Source of the DNA: Asterias rubens
Lineage: Eukaryota
DNA length: 64,000 nucleotides
Direction: 5' to 3'
Assembly: GCF_902459465.1 (NCBI RefSeq)
Contig: NC_047072.1
Span: forward strand, 15,103,776-15,167,775
Notes under the pieces: model-generated
The model's database searches: none
What the model saw: only the letters and a program-made list of their open reading frames with translations
What the model was told of the DNA's origin: nothing
Made by a program: the position numbers and the translations under genes
In this document: piece after piece, positions 36,865 through 48,658 of the stretch
Numbering within the stretch: the first letter of the stretch is position 1
Layout of the letters: each line of letters starts with the position of its first letter

Positions 36865-36982
36865 AGTCTGAGTCAGAATCTAAGATTCACTTCAAGAAGC
36901 AGAAAGTAGACTCAGCAACTAAGAAGCAGCGGAAACGAGAAAAGAAACGAGAACGAGAGAAGAAGAAAAAGAAAGAAACAAG
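36865..36982 (+). CDS. candidate cassette exon (Lys/Arg-rich ESESESKIHFKKQKVDSATKKQRKREKKREREKKKKKETS), frame-incompatible with the next exon
   Basis: Acceptor cccatgcag|AG and donor ACAAG|gtgaga are good. It is in frame with exon 2, but its 118 nt (not a multiple of 3) produce an immediate TAA when joined to exon 4 at 37244. Confidence 0.3.
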
Positions 36983-37243
36983 TGAGAATGGAGTCATCTT
37001 ACTTTTTAAAGATTTTTAATAACAAGTTGCGATTGAATAATATTGAATAAAAGTGTTGTCAGATCTGATTATTTCCTTTGGAGAATTTTGTTTATCATAT
37101 TTGCATGAAAGTGAGTTCAAAAAGCAACCAAGAAAATAAGTACTTGTAATTTCGTAACTAATTGTATTGTCATGTCATAAAATACAACGCATTCTCTGCA
37201 CAATCAAACCCAAAATACTTAATATTCTTTATTTTTTGTACAG

Positions 37244-37308
37244 ATAAGATCTCCAAGGATGACTTTTACCACAAAAGCACAGAGTTCAGATTATGGCTTG
37301 TTGAAGAG
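37244..37308 (+). CDS. unidentified gene, exon (KISKDDFYHKSTEFRLWLVEE)
   Basis: Acceptor tttttgtacag|AT; donor GAG|gtaatt. It joins in frame to exon 2 (phase 1 plus AT gives GAT). Confidence 0.6.
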
Positions 37309-37431
37309 GTAATTTATACAGCATTTTCCCCCATACAAGTTAAACACCCAGCCAGAATAGTACCTTTTTATCATTTCTTGTCATCTCATGTCTATTAATT
37401 AATACATGGTGTGTTTGTGTCACTGTACAGA

Positions 37432-37524
37432 AGGGCAAATACTTTGATCAACTTACGGGTGCAAAAGCCAAGAACTATTTCAAGAAATTTGTGAAGAGAT
37501 GGAATGCAGGGAAGCTTTCAAAGG
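37432..37524 (+). CDS. unidentified gene, exon (KGKYFDQLTGAKAKNYFKKFVKRWNAGKLSK)
   Basis: Acceptor ctgtacag|AAG; donor AAG|gttagt. The length of 93 nt is phase 0 to 0. Confidence 0.65.
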
Positions 37525-37669
37525 TTAGTATGAGGCATAGTTTGTATTTAGATTAATCTTTCAATACCTTGCCTTTTATTGTTCTATCCCTTACATGTTG
37601 TTCCATTCTTTTAAAAATTGTGTTCGCCAATGTTGCTGTTATTTGGCAAAATAATCAAGTGGCAAGCTT

Positions 37670-37932
37670 AAAGACACTGGACACTATTGGTAATTGTCAA
37701 AGACCAGTCTTCTCACTTGGTGAATCTCAACATATGCATAAAATAACAAACCTGTGAAAATTTGAGCTCAATCGGTCATCAAAGTTGGGAGATAATGATG
37801 AAAGAAAAAACACGAAGTTGTGTGCTTTCAGATGCTTGATTTCGAGGCCTCAAATTCTAAATCTGAGGTCTCAAAATCAAATCCGACGAAAATTACTTCT
37901 TTGAGTAATTACCAATAGTGTCCACTGCCTAT
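37670..37932 (+). mobile_element. MITE copy 4 (internally deleted, about 263 bp), inside an intron of the unidentified gene
   Basis: Both TIRs are present. The central segment between the palindrome and the second TIR is missing. Confidence 0.7.
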
Positions 37933-38201
37933 AACACTCCGGCTGATTGACCATTCAAAGCCAAGAATCCATTCCTTACACTTGCCTGTAGCTTTGTAGG
38001 CCTACACACTCTATAGCTTTACAATTGAGTCAGTTGTACACAACCATGGATGATCACCGGAATGTGTAAAAGGTTTTTGATAGTGGATTAGTGGGCTCCA
38101 CAATCTAAAGCAAGTAGAAGGGGGTTTTATGTTTTTATATTTCAAATGCCCGCCAATAAGTGTGATATTTAATCTTTTTTTTCTTTCTTTTCTCTATTGC
38201 A

Positions 38202-38264
38202 GAAATTTTACAGAGGAATAGACCATGAGGATGCCAGAGCATCTCTTACTAAATATAAATGGAA
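38202..38264 (+). CDS. unidentified gene, exon (KFYRGIDHEDARASLTKYKWK)
   Basis: Acceptor tattgcag|AAA; donor AAG|gtggtt. The length is 63 nt. Confidence 0.65.
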
Positions 38265-38451
38265 GGTGGTTATCTTTAGTTGGCTCTTTGTTTTTGCGGC
38301 TGCATTTATATATTATTAATGTAACTTTTTCTCAATTCATTTTTATCCCAGACAGCCCCAAAAAGCTTCAATCACTTAATTTGACCAATTTAGTTGTTTG
38401 ATTTCACTTTAATCTCAGAAACCCTTTTTAATATCTCTTTAGTTTGCAGAG

Positions 38452-38685
38452 CGTCACACACCCACAAACATAAAGAAGCTTGACATTGCCAGCTACGATA
38501 ACAGACATAATACAACGCTTAGTGGAGATCACATGACCCCAGTGGCTGACGGTCTCATGAAACCCAAGACCTTCTCAACCTTCGGCAAATCAACAGCATC
38601 GGGATCAAGAGATGACAGTGACCAAATTGGACCAAGTCGACCTGTACAAGGACCCTCAAGACCAGTACAGGGACCTATGCGACCA
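38452..38685 (+). CDS. unidentified gene, exon with a tandem PSRPVQG peptide repeat
   Basis: A NAGNAG acceptor (cagag|CGT) is used, because the first AG gives an in-frame stop. RHTPTNIKKLDIASYDNRHNTTLSGDHMTPVADGLMKPKTFSTFGKSTASGSRDDSDQIGPSRPVQGPSRPVQGPMRP; donor CCA|gtaagt. It matches ORF 38533-38718. Confidence 0.6.
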
Positions 38686-39140
38686 GTAAGTTATCCAATT
38701 GTTGTAATATGTATGTGATATGGAAAGGTTTGCCGTAACACCATTAATGACTATCTCTAAATGAATTGGGGTGGTTCTGATAAGAACCGTTGGTTTCAAA
38801 TCGACGTTTTGATCAGTATGTTCTGCTCGTCATCTGGAGACAATATATGTATGTGTTTTTCCTTCTGTTTGTATTCTCAAATGATGGTTGCAACCAGGCC
38901 TCAAAATAACCCACATCAATTGCCGTGGTTTCCAGTGCTTTTGCTGTGGTGCCCTCTGCAAGAGAAATACAAACTTAGATTTTCCCCATGGAAGTGCTCC
39001 TTATCGGAGGAAAATTGCAGTGCCCTTCAAAAGCGAAGTTGAAGGCCTGGCTGTAATCATTGTGGTATAGTGTAAAACTACCGCTAAACCATTTTGTAGT
39101 GAATTTAATTATTTCAAAATCAATCATTTTTTTGTTTTAG

Positions 39141-39236
39141 CCATCTTCGTCACAAGCTGAGTATGAAATTACACAAGAGCAGAGAACGAAGCAACTCAGA
39201 AAAGAGCGAAAACAGTTTAGAGAACATGATAAAATG
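39141..39236 (+). CDS. unidentified gene, exon (PSSSQAEYEITQEQRTKQLRKERKQFREHDKM)
   Basis: Acceptor tttgttttag|CCA; donor ATG|gtaagc. The length is 96 nt. Confidence 0.55.
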
Positions 39237-39512
39237 GTAAGCCCAATATTGAAAACTCTCTTCAGCAGATGGTATAAATGTGGTGCAAACAGCTCCAGAG
39301 TCTCAGAGTATGGGGTAGTGGTCAATTTATGCTGAATGAGCATGTAGCAGATTAATGAAATTATGGTAGGAATTCTTTTACACTTGGACCATTGTACGTT
39401 CACAGTGACAGTGATTGTAATGAAAGCCAAAACAACAAAGTAGCCACATTTTTTTGCTTAAATTTTATCTTTCTAGCCATCGTTGAAATGAATTGAATTT
39501 GTTTGTGTGCAG

Positions 39513-39643
39513 GTTATGGAAGAGCTTGCACCGAGGGCTACTGGCCATGAAGCCAAGATTGAAAAGAGATTGCTCCGAGCAGAGCAGAGAAAACGAAAAG
39601 GAAACAGCCCTGAGACAAGAGAGTCATTCCTGTACGGGGGAAA
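39513..39643 (+). CDS. unidentified gene, exon (VMEELAPRATGHEAKIEKRLLRAEQRKRKGNSPETRESFLYGG)
   Basis: Acceptor gtgtgcag|GTT; donor GGAAA|gtaagt. Basic coiled-coil-like segment. Confidence 0.55.
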
Positions 39644-39695
39644 GTAAGTAATAATAACATCCCTAAAACAGTGCAATCCAAAGATATGGTTCTTT

Positions 39696-39850
39696 AAAAG
39701 CACTGGACACTATTGTTTACTACTCAAAATAATTGTTACCATAAAAACTTACTTGGTAACAAGCAATTGAGAGCTGTTGATAGTATAAAACATTGTGAGA
39801 AACGGCTCCCATTGAAGTAATACAGCATAGTTTTTGAGAAAGAAGTATTT
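39696..39850 (-). mobile_element. MITE fragment (one TIR plus about 150 bp) inside an intron of the unidentified gene
   Basis: aaagcactggacactattgtttactactcaaaataatt... matches the TIR-proximal half only. Confidence 0.55.
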
Positions 39851-39927
39851 ATGTATTGTTGTTATCCAAGAGAAATTCCGTTAGCTCAGAGCCTCGGTTT
39901 TTATGTTTATTTTGGTTTCTTTTCAAG

Positions 39928-40150
39928 AAGACAGCAGCTTGAGAAAAAGACTACTTTACAGGATTCTCTTTTAGGAGATGATGAAATGACTCTATTAAAT
40001 GTTTCCGTTTATCCCTTGACCAATAGGACTGACATTCAGTCACAGGTAGATGCACAAAGGCATAAAAAGGAGCAGAGAAAAGAGCATTGGGAGAACAAAG
40101 CTGCCACCAAAGCAGAGGAATATAGGGCAAAGGAGAAGGCAAAGATGTCT
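39928..40150 (+). CDS. unidentified gene, exon (KRQQLEKK...VDAQRHKKEQRKEHWENKAATKAEEYRAKEKAKMS)
   Basis: Acceptor ttttcaag|A (an alternative AG lies 3 nt downstream); donor TCT|gtaagt. It matches ORF 39851-40234. The length of 223 nt is phase-consistent. Confidence 0.55.
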
Positions 40151-40813
40151 GTAAGTACAAAGTCAAATAATATCTCTTGCAATTCAGCTTACCTACCAGA
40201 CCTGTTGGACAATGTCATCAGGATTTTACAATGACTTATGCGCTTTACATTAGTATCATAGTCATCAGGCCAATGACATTCCTGTTATCTGTCTCAGCTC
40301 ACTTGGAATATAACAGTGCAGGCTACCGTACACGGTGCTCAGTAGGCTTTTTTATACACAATATCAACCTCTACCCTGGCAGGTACCCGTTTATATATAC
40401 CTATGGGTGAATAGCAATTACAGTGAAGTGTCTGTTCAAGGACACAAGTGTCATGCTCAGGATTCGAACCCACATCACTAAGGCCTAATTACCAGAACTT
40501 GTACTTCATGATCTTTACTGCTCGGCCATGACCCCGTATTGAAACATGTGATGATTGGGCAACTTCTGAAGATTAACCAAACCTAGTGACCTTAATAAAC
40601 TATTGTGTAAAATAGTCTGCATCCAGTTAACTTTTGCCAGTTGCACTACATCTTGATGGCAAACTAAATGCAGGGAGGCATCGAACAATCATATTCAAAG
40701 CAGCAATTTCAGTAGACCAAATTGGTGGAGGTTTATCTATCATCCCCAAAACTCTGAAAAGCATGTCCACAAATATCTTAAACTTATTGTTTGAACTATG
40801 TTTTTGTACACAG

Positions 40814-40864
40814 GCACTGTTGGAGCTTGCAAGAGCAAACAAAAGTGAGAATGCACTCTGGTGA
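40814..40864 (+). CDS. unidentified gene, last exon (ALLELARANKSENALW, then stop)
   Basis: Acceptor tgtacacag|GCA; TGA at 40862-40864. Confidence 0.5.
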   Translation, partial: ALLELARANKSENALW

Positions 40865-41578
40865 TTGACATGAGGGATGATGAACAAAGCACAGAGCTTA
40901 CTGATGATGAACTTTAACAAATACCACAGCTCCATGTGTCTTTCCAAGTGTACATACTAACAACTTCTATTACTTCAGGTATCCGTATATTTATGTTTAA
41001 GTTTGAACTCTCTTTGATCTTTGTGATTGGATTTGTTGGGAATTGGCAACTAGGTGCAACAAAAGATTGTCAACAATTTTGTTTTTTAATTTTTTAATTA
41101 CAGTATTTGGATTACAGGTTTTGTCTAGGTTTATTTTAGATAATATTGTATGGGTGTCCCTAATGACTTCAAATTGTGTATTAAAGATTTTTTATTTTTG
41201 TAACATAATAGACTTTTATTTGATACATGTCATCAAATTTGTAAAGGGTTATTCCTTGCTTCGTTAGAATCGGTGTACAATAGCTTATGGGTTACTAGAA
41301 GAAAAAACATTATTAGAAGAAATTACCTTTGCAAGAACGTTAACTAGTTAAGGGTGGCAAAGATCCAAACTTGTACACACATTTCATGTAGTTTCATGAC
41401 AAAATCATTATTTCAGATTTAAACGCATGACTCGACAATCAGTCTTATTTTTACTTTCATGAATTTTTAATCAAACACTTCTAGAAATGCAAATGCTCCT
41501 GTATCAAATAATCCATTCTATCTGGTGTCCAGGCTCCCAATCACAACCTGCTGTGCAGATTGTTTGATAGGCACCAGT

Positions 41579-41945
41579 TAAAGACATTGGACACTATTGG
41601 TAATTGTCAAAGACCAGTCTTCTCACTTGCTGTATCTCAACATATGCATAAAATAACCAACCTGTGAAAATTTGAGCTCAATTGGTCGTCGGAGTTGTGA
41701 GATAACTATGAAAGAAAAAACACCCTTGTCACACGAAGTTGTGTGCTTTCAGATGCTTGATTTCGAGACCTCAAATTCTAAACTTGAGGTCTCGAAATCA
41801 AATTCATGGAAAATTACTTCTCTTCAGAGGGAGCCGTTTCTCACAATGTTTTATACTATCAACCTCTCCCAGTTACTCGTTACCAAGTGAGGTTTTATGC
41901 TGATAATTATTTTGAGTAATTACCAATAGTGTCCACTGCCTTTAA
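41579..41945 (+). mobile_element. MITE copy 6 (full length), intergenic downstream of the unidentified gene
   Basis: TIRs and the internal palindrome are intact. Confidence 0.8.
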
Positions 41946-44900
41946 ACCATGAGACTCACTTTGATTCCCACAGTTGTGTGAATAAGAAATCCAAGATGGC
42001 TGCTGTGAGAGAAAGTCTGTATCAATGATATAATTAAAGACTTTTTAGTCTACAATTTATTTTTTGTTTGTCTATATTGATAATAGTTTGGAATGTACAG
42101 TTTAATTGCTTTGACAAATTTCTTATTTAAGATGAATTAAAACAATAACAAACAGTAATAAATGTTCCTAATGATTCATCTTTTTGGTGTGGCTTACAAT
42201 AACAACATGACAACGTATTAGAGTTTCAATGATTGTAAGTTTATATTAATTTTGGTGGTTGTAATGGCCTTGAAAATGTTCTTGTATTCTTCCAAAAATG
42301 AGTGTTCCTTTGCTTAATTATTTGAAAATTAACGTTGGATCAAATATTTAGTAAGATAAATGAGCAGATTGAGGACAACAGTAAATTGCATTGACAAATA
42401 GAATTGCAATGTGTAAAATAAGTTTGGATACAAAATAATTGATCGTTTGGTTGAGAGTAAATAAGAGAGAAAAATAACAGTAAATATCAATCATACATGT
42501 CTACAATAGTGACCTTGGCTAAGTAACTAATAAGACATGCTAAAACCTTTAACTTTCCAATACTTGTTATATCACAAATATACTACACCACCAAGACATC
42601 CCCAACAAAATTCAAAACTCTGTAAAATTAAACAAGACTAATAAGTGCATGACAAAAATGCATACTGAAGAGATTGGCACTGAACCTTTGAAGGGGTAAA
42701 CCACTCCAGAAAGGTTCATTATTGTGCATTTCATTCAAACTGCATTGCTTAACATATAACAAGTTTACACCAAAATGTATGAAATATTTCAGGGCTTTTG
42801 CATATTTTGGTTCAGAATTTTTACTTGTATGTTGGCTCGCACCTTGTTTTCACATATATAAATAGGTGTTTTAAAGAGTTCATTGGGCCGATTTCACAAG
42901 GAGTTAAAATTGACCTGTTAGTGTGAATCAATCTTAATTGCTAAGCAAAGTGTGATGTCACAATACAAATCACTATGGTAATACTGACACTCATCTTAAG
43001 ATTAATCTTATTAGTGCCTTATGAAATCCAGCTCTGGTTAAAGAATTTTGACAGATACGCAGTTTTGATGTTTTCAGGCTCATTTGAGATAATAACTCCA
43101 TATTACTGGAATGGCGTATTAGTTCAAACCATTGCTACTTGTCCCATATACTACAGTTGTGTTTAAGTGATAAATAAAGGACTCCCGCATTGTGACTTTT
43201 CCCAATCCATTATTATTGAAAGCCTTCTGTTACACAGATTACATCACACACGCTTGGTTTGGGAGTCCACATGGAACCTACTTTGATAAAAAAAATATGG
43301 CCTTATGCAAAAAATTATTCATAGCTCGACGTTTCAACTCGCCTAGCAGAGTCTTTCTCAAAGGCTAAAGGAACTTGAATGTTGACATATCAACCTTTTA
43401 TTTCAAGTCCTTCATTTTAATGTAGATTTGTGTACAAACATGCACAGTTATACTGTAGTTCATCTGTGTTGATGACTACAATATAACTTAATGAACAAAA
43501 CCACTATTTTATAACTCCATATTTACGATAATCTTAATCCCCACAGCATGAACCAGAGAAAAGTAGAAAATGTTATCAAACCGATAGAAAATTGTAAAAA
43601 GATTATTTAGTTTTGTACTTTTCAAATTAATTGATTGCCAAGGTCAAGTTATCCATACTTGTAACACAAGCTGCAACAAATTAAAAGTTTGAACCACTTT
43701 CATAAATATGATATGATGATATCAATACTGAACGACGCTGATATCACTGCTGGAACTTTCAACACACTTGATCATAAAAAGATGATTCTACATCAACACC
43801 ACAATTACCTGAAGGCCAATCCCACAAAACTTTCAATTGATTGTGAGATATCTAAATATTTCCTGATAAGATACAACCCATACCAAGTATAACAAATGAC
43901 ATCCCTCTACCAAGTAAATTGATGTAAATACAAAAAGGTGAAAATATATATTTATCCATTTGTAAAATGCATGTACACCAAACTCCACTTGTAAAAAAAA
44001 AAGTCAGCTGACAATAATAAATACAAACATATCTCATTGAGATATGAATCTGTCAGATTTTAAAAATTGGATTACAAATTAATAAGAATGTCATCAGTTT
44101 ATGTGCACATTATTTCATTACATCATAACATCCCCTTTTGAGACCAGCTTCATTTATATATTATTTTGTTGTTGATGGAATGTTACAGGCCGGTCTTGAG
44201 CCAATATTACATTGTTATGCGAAAATCATTCAAAAGTACCATCAAATTAAACAGTAACCATGCATACAAAATTACTAAACAATTATTTATTCTTGCTTTT
44301 TTAATAGTATTGGCCCAGCTTTATCAACACAACTGACCACTTAAATCAAAGTAGTATAACCATTTTCTGTATACATAATTTTATACCGAAGTATATTCCA
44401 AATTCATTCCAAAATACAGAAACATATTGATAAAATATTTGAATTCCATATACACGCAGATACTTTTGCTCTGTCCATGACACAAACAATGGGGTTTGTT
44501 ACAACTTGATGCAGAATTGTAAAAACTAAAACATAATATTTAGTGTGTCTTTGAGACAAGTCCATGTAACCATGGTAACTACAACAAACAATATATGAAT
44601 AGGTGACCTTCAAAAATGTATTCAATATTTTACATATTCACACAATTAAGCAATATTAGGCGAGTTTAAAAATGTTGATATACAAGAGTACTAACAAACT
44701 TATCACACAACCTTTCAAAAAACTCTCTCCAAAACTATAGGCACTGTTTGTATATTACACAAATAGATAACATTTAACAAAATGTTCTTTATCTACCAAT
44801 TAATTTCCCCAATATAACTGGCTTAAAAAACTGAGAGAGACCACAAAAATACTTAGTACTAATCCTTTAAGTTCCATTGATTTTCATGACTATGCTCGAA

Positions 44901-45321
44901 AGTGGCAAAGCATGACAGCACGTTTGACATAACTTGCATAAAATTTGCATTCATTTGCATGGTAATACAAAGTATTCAGAAACAAAAAACAACAGATCAC
45001 AATATTTTTCTGACTTTACCAAATACAGTTAGACCATATTTCAGCATAGAATGGATTAGTCTCAAAGAAAACGAATGAAATCTCACTTACAAAAAGAAAA
45101 CAAATGGTGGCAAGCCTCTTTGAGGCAGTAGGTCAATCAAGTTGAAAAACAATTACATAAACTGGCTATAAAATAAATAAACCCCAAAGCATCATCAGAT
45201 CTCTTTATGAAATCAACCAATGGCATGGAGTGTATTAACAGCTCAAGGTGATACAGTATAACTCATCTGATTGGACATAATTTCTTTTAAAGAACATATC
45301 TTCACAACAGACGGCCAATCC

Positions 45322-45465
45322 TCACAGGTCTTCTAGAAGCTGTAGGTAGAAAGGTACTTGCCCAAGCTGTCTTAGCAGTTTGTTGGTCTTGAACATCACA
45401 GGGCAGTCCAGAGAAACGCAGCCATGTGTTCCCTGCTCACTAAAATTGCAGCAACTTGCACAAAT
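45322..45465 (-). CDS. REV3L: REV3L last exon (cysteine cluster 2) with stop
   Basis: ICASCCNFSEQGTHGCVSLDCPVMFKTNKLLRQLGQVPFYLQLLEDL, then TGA at 45322-45324, aligns to human ICKNCTGCFDRHIPCVSLNCPVLFKLSRVNRELSKAPYLRQLLDQF. Confidence 0.85.
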   Translation of the reverse strand: MCASCCNFSEQGTHGCVSLDCPVMFKTNKLLRQLGQVPFYLQLLEDL

Positions 45466-45754
45466 CTATCAAAAACAAAAACACATCAACACAAATCAAC
45501 TTGTGTGTCAAAATAAACCCTCACTGACCAGAATCCTGTTTTGATGGCTAATTCCCATCTAGCCTTTGAGTAACACTCCGCTAGCGTGGAAACACAAAGC
45601 TATCATAGCAATTGCTTTCATTTATAGTGTCAGTCTTTCACTCGGTTAGCAGTTTGCAACAGCTAAGTTATTTTCTGATTCAAACTTTGTTTGGTAAACA
45701 TAAATCTTACTGAGTTAACTCTCAAATTGAGGTCAATAACTAATCAAGAGTTAC

Positions 45755-45916
45755 CTTGGCAATGTCTTGCTGCGCTTTCTGCCATTGCTGAACCCGACTC
45801 ATGAGGGCGGTAGATGTGACTTGACTTTTACTCTTACATTCATCGCAGATACTTGTCTGGGTGACTTTCTCACAGATGACGCAATTCAAACTGACAAAGT
45901 ATTGGGATATTGTACC
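45755..45916 (-). CDS. REV3L: REV3L exon (C-terminal metal-binding cysteine cluster 1)
   Basis: GTISQYFVSLNCVICEKVTQTSICDECKSKSQ... aligns to human GTISQYFTTLHCPVCDDLTQHGICSKCRSQPQ. Confidence 0.85.
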
Positions 45917-46297
45917 CTGAAAATTGAAAACAGTTTCAGATGACAGAGTCTCAAAAGATAATCAAATAAAGACAATGGCTACAAAGTACTAATCCTGGAG
46001 AAAATGAAATGAAAAAGGATTTTGTCTTCACATCCGAATAAAAATTTAAGATTGTAAAAACTAAAAATAATCCCAAAATCTGTTGATAAAGAAACCAAGT
46101 AGAGGGTGGTCTACCAATAGAGTAATGGAGTTGATTATCCAACTGTCATTGGACAATTGGTTTGTTTGCTAATTCTAAATTAGCCAATCAATAAAAAAGA
46201 TGAGCCTAAACTTTGGCCGTTTCACATGTTTTGTCTTCTTTCTATTGGCTAACCGATGTTTCAAAAGATGTCTATTTAAAATAAAAAAAGTGTTAAC

Positions 46298-46465
46298 CTT
46301 CTTCCCAGGTGTGCCAAGCTGATGGTGTGATGTCACCCTTTGCCACCGTGGTAACTCCTGATACCACTGCATGGTGTCCACTCCAAGCAGTCCAAATACC
46401 CTGTTAAGGGAGGGTACCAGTTGACGTGTCAAGTAGTAGGTTGTGTTCAATCTTAGGCTCGGATC
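46298..46465 (-). CDS. REV3L: REV3L exon
   Basis: DPSLRLNTTYYLTRQLVPSLNRVFGLLGVDTMQWYQELPR... aligns to human DPTLRLNATYYITKQILPPLARIFSLIGIDVFSWYHELPR (ORF 46175-46606). Confidence 0.9.
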
Positions 46466-46775
46466 CTTAGAAAATAAAAACAACAAACTCTGATGAACTA
46501 AATTGATTAAATTGTGCCATAATAAATAACTCAAAATTTTAGTGGGCTTAATTAGAATTACACTTTGGATTTTAAATCTTTCCACAACAAAAAAGTGACG
46601 AGACAAGTTATAACAAATATTTGTTAGAATTTAGAAAACTTAGTGTAGCAAAGTTATAGGTAAGCTAAAAAAAATTCCTGAGAAATGAAAACACAGTATT
46701 AAGACTGGTTGAAACTTCATGTAATGGTTGAAACACACCTTGGTCACAACCACATTTACTCATCATTGATTTTAC

Positions 46776-46902
46776 CTCAAGAACTTGACTTGGAGTGCGT
46801 ACAAGCTGAATAAGAGGCAATCCAGGACTGCCGTACACAACAACATAAGGCACTCTCTGACCAACTCGAGGCTCTGCACGACGATCAACAGCAAGTAGAC
46901 GT
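46776..46902 (-). CDS. REV3L: REV3L exon
   Basis: (R)RLLAVDRRAEPRVGQRVPYVVVYGSPGLPLIQLVRTPSQVLE aligns to human KMLTYDRRSEPQVGERVPYVIIYGTPGVPLIQLVRRPVEVLQ (ORF 46665-46853). Confidence 0.9.
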
Positions 46903-47056
46903 CTAATACAAATGGATAAAACAAATTCATAAAACTCTTAATACTCCAATGGTTCAGGCATATCGGCCCAACTACAAGATTTTCAATAAAATATAGTAAA
47001 GCTTAATATTTCTTTAGCATTTCAATTCTAATCTTCTGCTCTAGCAAACATTTTTA

Positions 47057-47205
47057 GCTGCCAGCCCTGCCGTCTTGTTGCTTGCCAGCCCTGCCGTCTT
47101 GTTGCTTGCCAGCCCTGCCGTCTTGTTGCTTGCCAGCCCTGCCGTCTTGTTGCTTGCCAGCCCTGCCGTCTTGTTGCTTGCCAGCCCTGCCGTCTTGTTG
47201 CTTTC
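47057..47205. repeat. 24-bp minisatellite (gccagccctgccgtcttgttgctt, about 6 copies) in a REV3L intron
   Basis: Perfect tandem copies. The ORFs at 47041-47264 on both strands are translation artefacts of the repeat. Confidence 0.9.
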
Positions 47206-47525
47206 CCCCAATTTGGGCCTGTGAGTATCAGCTGGAAATGGCAAACTATACATCACATTTATAAAAGTTATGTACTCTTTGGAATGGTAAATAGTTTTTG
47301 GGGATGTGTTTATTTACAATGCAGTAAACAATGAATGTTTATCGTAAAGTGCTACATGGGCTTAGGTAGGAACGGCACTTAGTCCCATGACCAGTCAGGT
47401 GGAATAATGAAAAGAAAATAAATTTTTTTTACAACTTTTGCAAAAACCCATCATTAGTCTTACTGCCATTTGCATTGTGTCTAAATCAGAATTCCTTCTT
47501 CAGAATGGGAAGTAATAATCCGTAC

Positions 47526-47716
47526 CTGGTGATTTCAAGGGATGGTACACAAGCCCCTGGTCGATAGGAGTGCTGGCCACGGTACTCCTTGGCAAAGATC
47601 AGGTCTTGCATTGTTGCTTGGCCATCAAGGATCTTTAAGAACTGCTTCTGAACGTACTTCTTGACTTGTGAGACATCATGTGTGGTAAAGAGAGTCTTCA
47701 GAGCTTTCTCAAGTAT
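47526..47716 (-). CDS. REV3L: REV3L exon
   Basis: ILEKALKTLFTTHDVSQVKKYVQKQFLKILDGQATMQDLIFAKEYRGQHSYRPGACVPSLEIT aligns to human ILERSLKLLFETRDISLIKQYVQRQCMKLLEGKASIQDFIFAKEYRGSFSYKPGACVPALELT. Confidence 0.9.
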
Positions 47717-48194
47717 CTATGAACAATTGGACTAAATTTATTACCAATTGATCTTCAACAAATCATAATTTATGTCCTCGTTAAAAGATTTTAAAACAAA
47801 AGTTTGACAAATCTTTAGAGTATAAAGCTTAATTGAAAGAGCATTTATCATTATTTATTTATTTATTTCTAAAAATAAAACAAACAAAACCTTGAAAGTG
47901 CAATGTAGCACATTGGCCTGGCAATACCTGTCACAGAAATCTAAATTTTTTATGTAAGAAGAAAACCCCAAACTGAAAAAACAAAAACGAATCTGGAAGG
48001 GACTAAAAAAAACATCCACGCACAAGGCTCAGGTCCAAAGGGGGATTTGAACCCGGTGCCACAGAGGTCAAAGGCATAGAAGAAACAACTAAGCTAAACC
48101 TGTATGCATTTATTCAAATTGTTCAAGCCTCATTCAGTAAGTTTTTTTAATTCATTCTCTCTGGCAATATTTATCAAGACAAATCTCCCGTTAC

Positions 48195-48332
48195 CTTGCC
48201 AACAGCAGGGCATGAATCACGACGCACTGTTTCAATTCCCTTAGCATCAAAGTCTGGTTCTGATTGGTCAGGCGACTCGTAGCTATAACCAACATAACGT
48301 TTCTTGGATTGTAGGACACATGGATGGTAAAC
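48195..48332 (-). CDS. REV3L: REV3L exon (KKRY motif)
   Basis: VYHPCVLQSKKRYVGYSYESPDQSEPDFDAKGIETVRRDSCPAVGK aligns to human VYLPCVLQTKKRYVGYMYETLDQKDPVFDAKGIETVRRDSCPAVSK (ORF 48174-48404). Confidence 0.95.
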
Positions 48333-48543
48333 CTGCAAAACAGCAAAAGAGAACAACGTACTTTTAGTATTTGGGAACATAAAGCTGTGGTTGTCATGAA
48401 CCATATTTTATTCCAAATTGTAAAGTTCCAGTTTTTGTTTCATTGACTTCTAGAATACAGCATTATTTAGATTAAGAGAGAAAACTGGATGCCTGTGTTG
48501 AACCCTGACAATCTAAAATGAAGGCACGGATATTTCAACTTAC

Positions 48544-48658
48544 CTTTTCCAGTTTCAGTTTGACAGGTTTAGGGTTCGCTGCAGTCACATCATCTCGGAT
48601 TTCACGCCCTACTTCAAAGGCTCGCTCCTTACTGGCTCCTTCAACTAATACAAACATA
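48544..48658 (-). CDS. REV3L: REV3L exon
   Basis: (S)MFVLVEGASKERAFEVGREIRDDVTAANPKPVKLKLEK aligns to human MFVLLKGATKEQSFKIGQEIAEAVTATNPKPVKLKFEK. Confidence 0.9.

Noticed and set aside
47041-47264. ORFs on both strands encoding repeated peptides (ASNKTAGL... and LPALPSCC...).
   Set aside because: They are pure translations of the 24-bp minisatellite inside a REV3L intron. They have no splice signals and no codon periodicity beyond the repeat.
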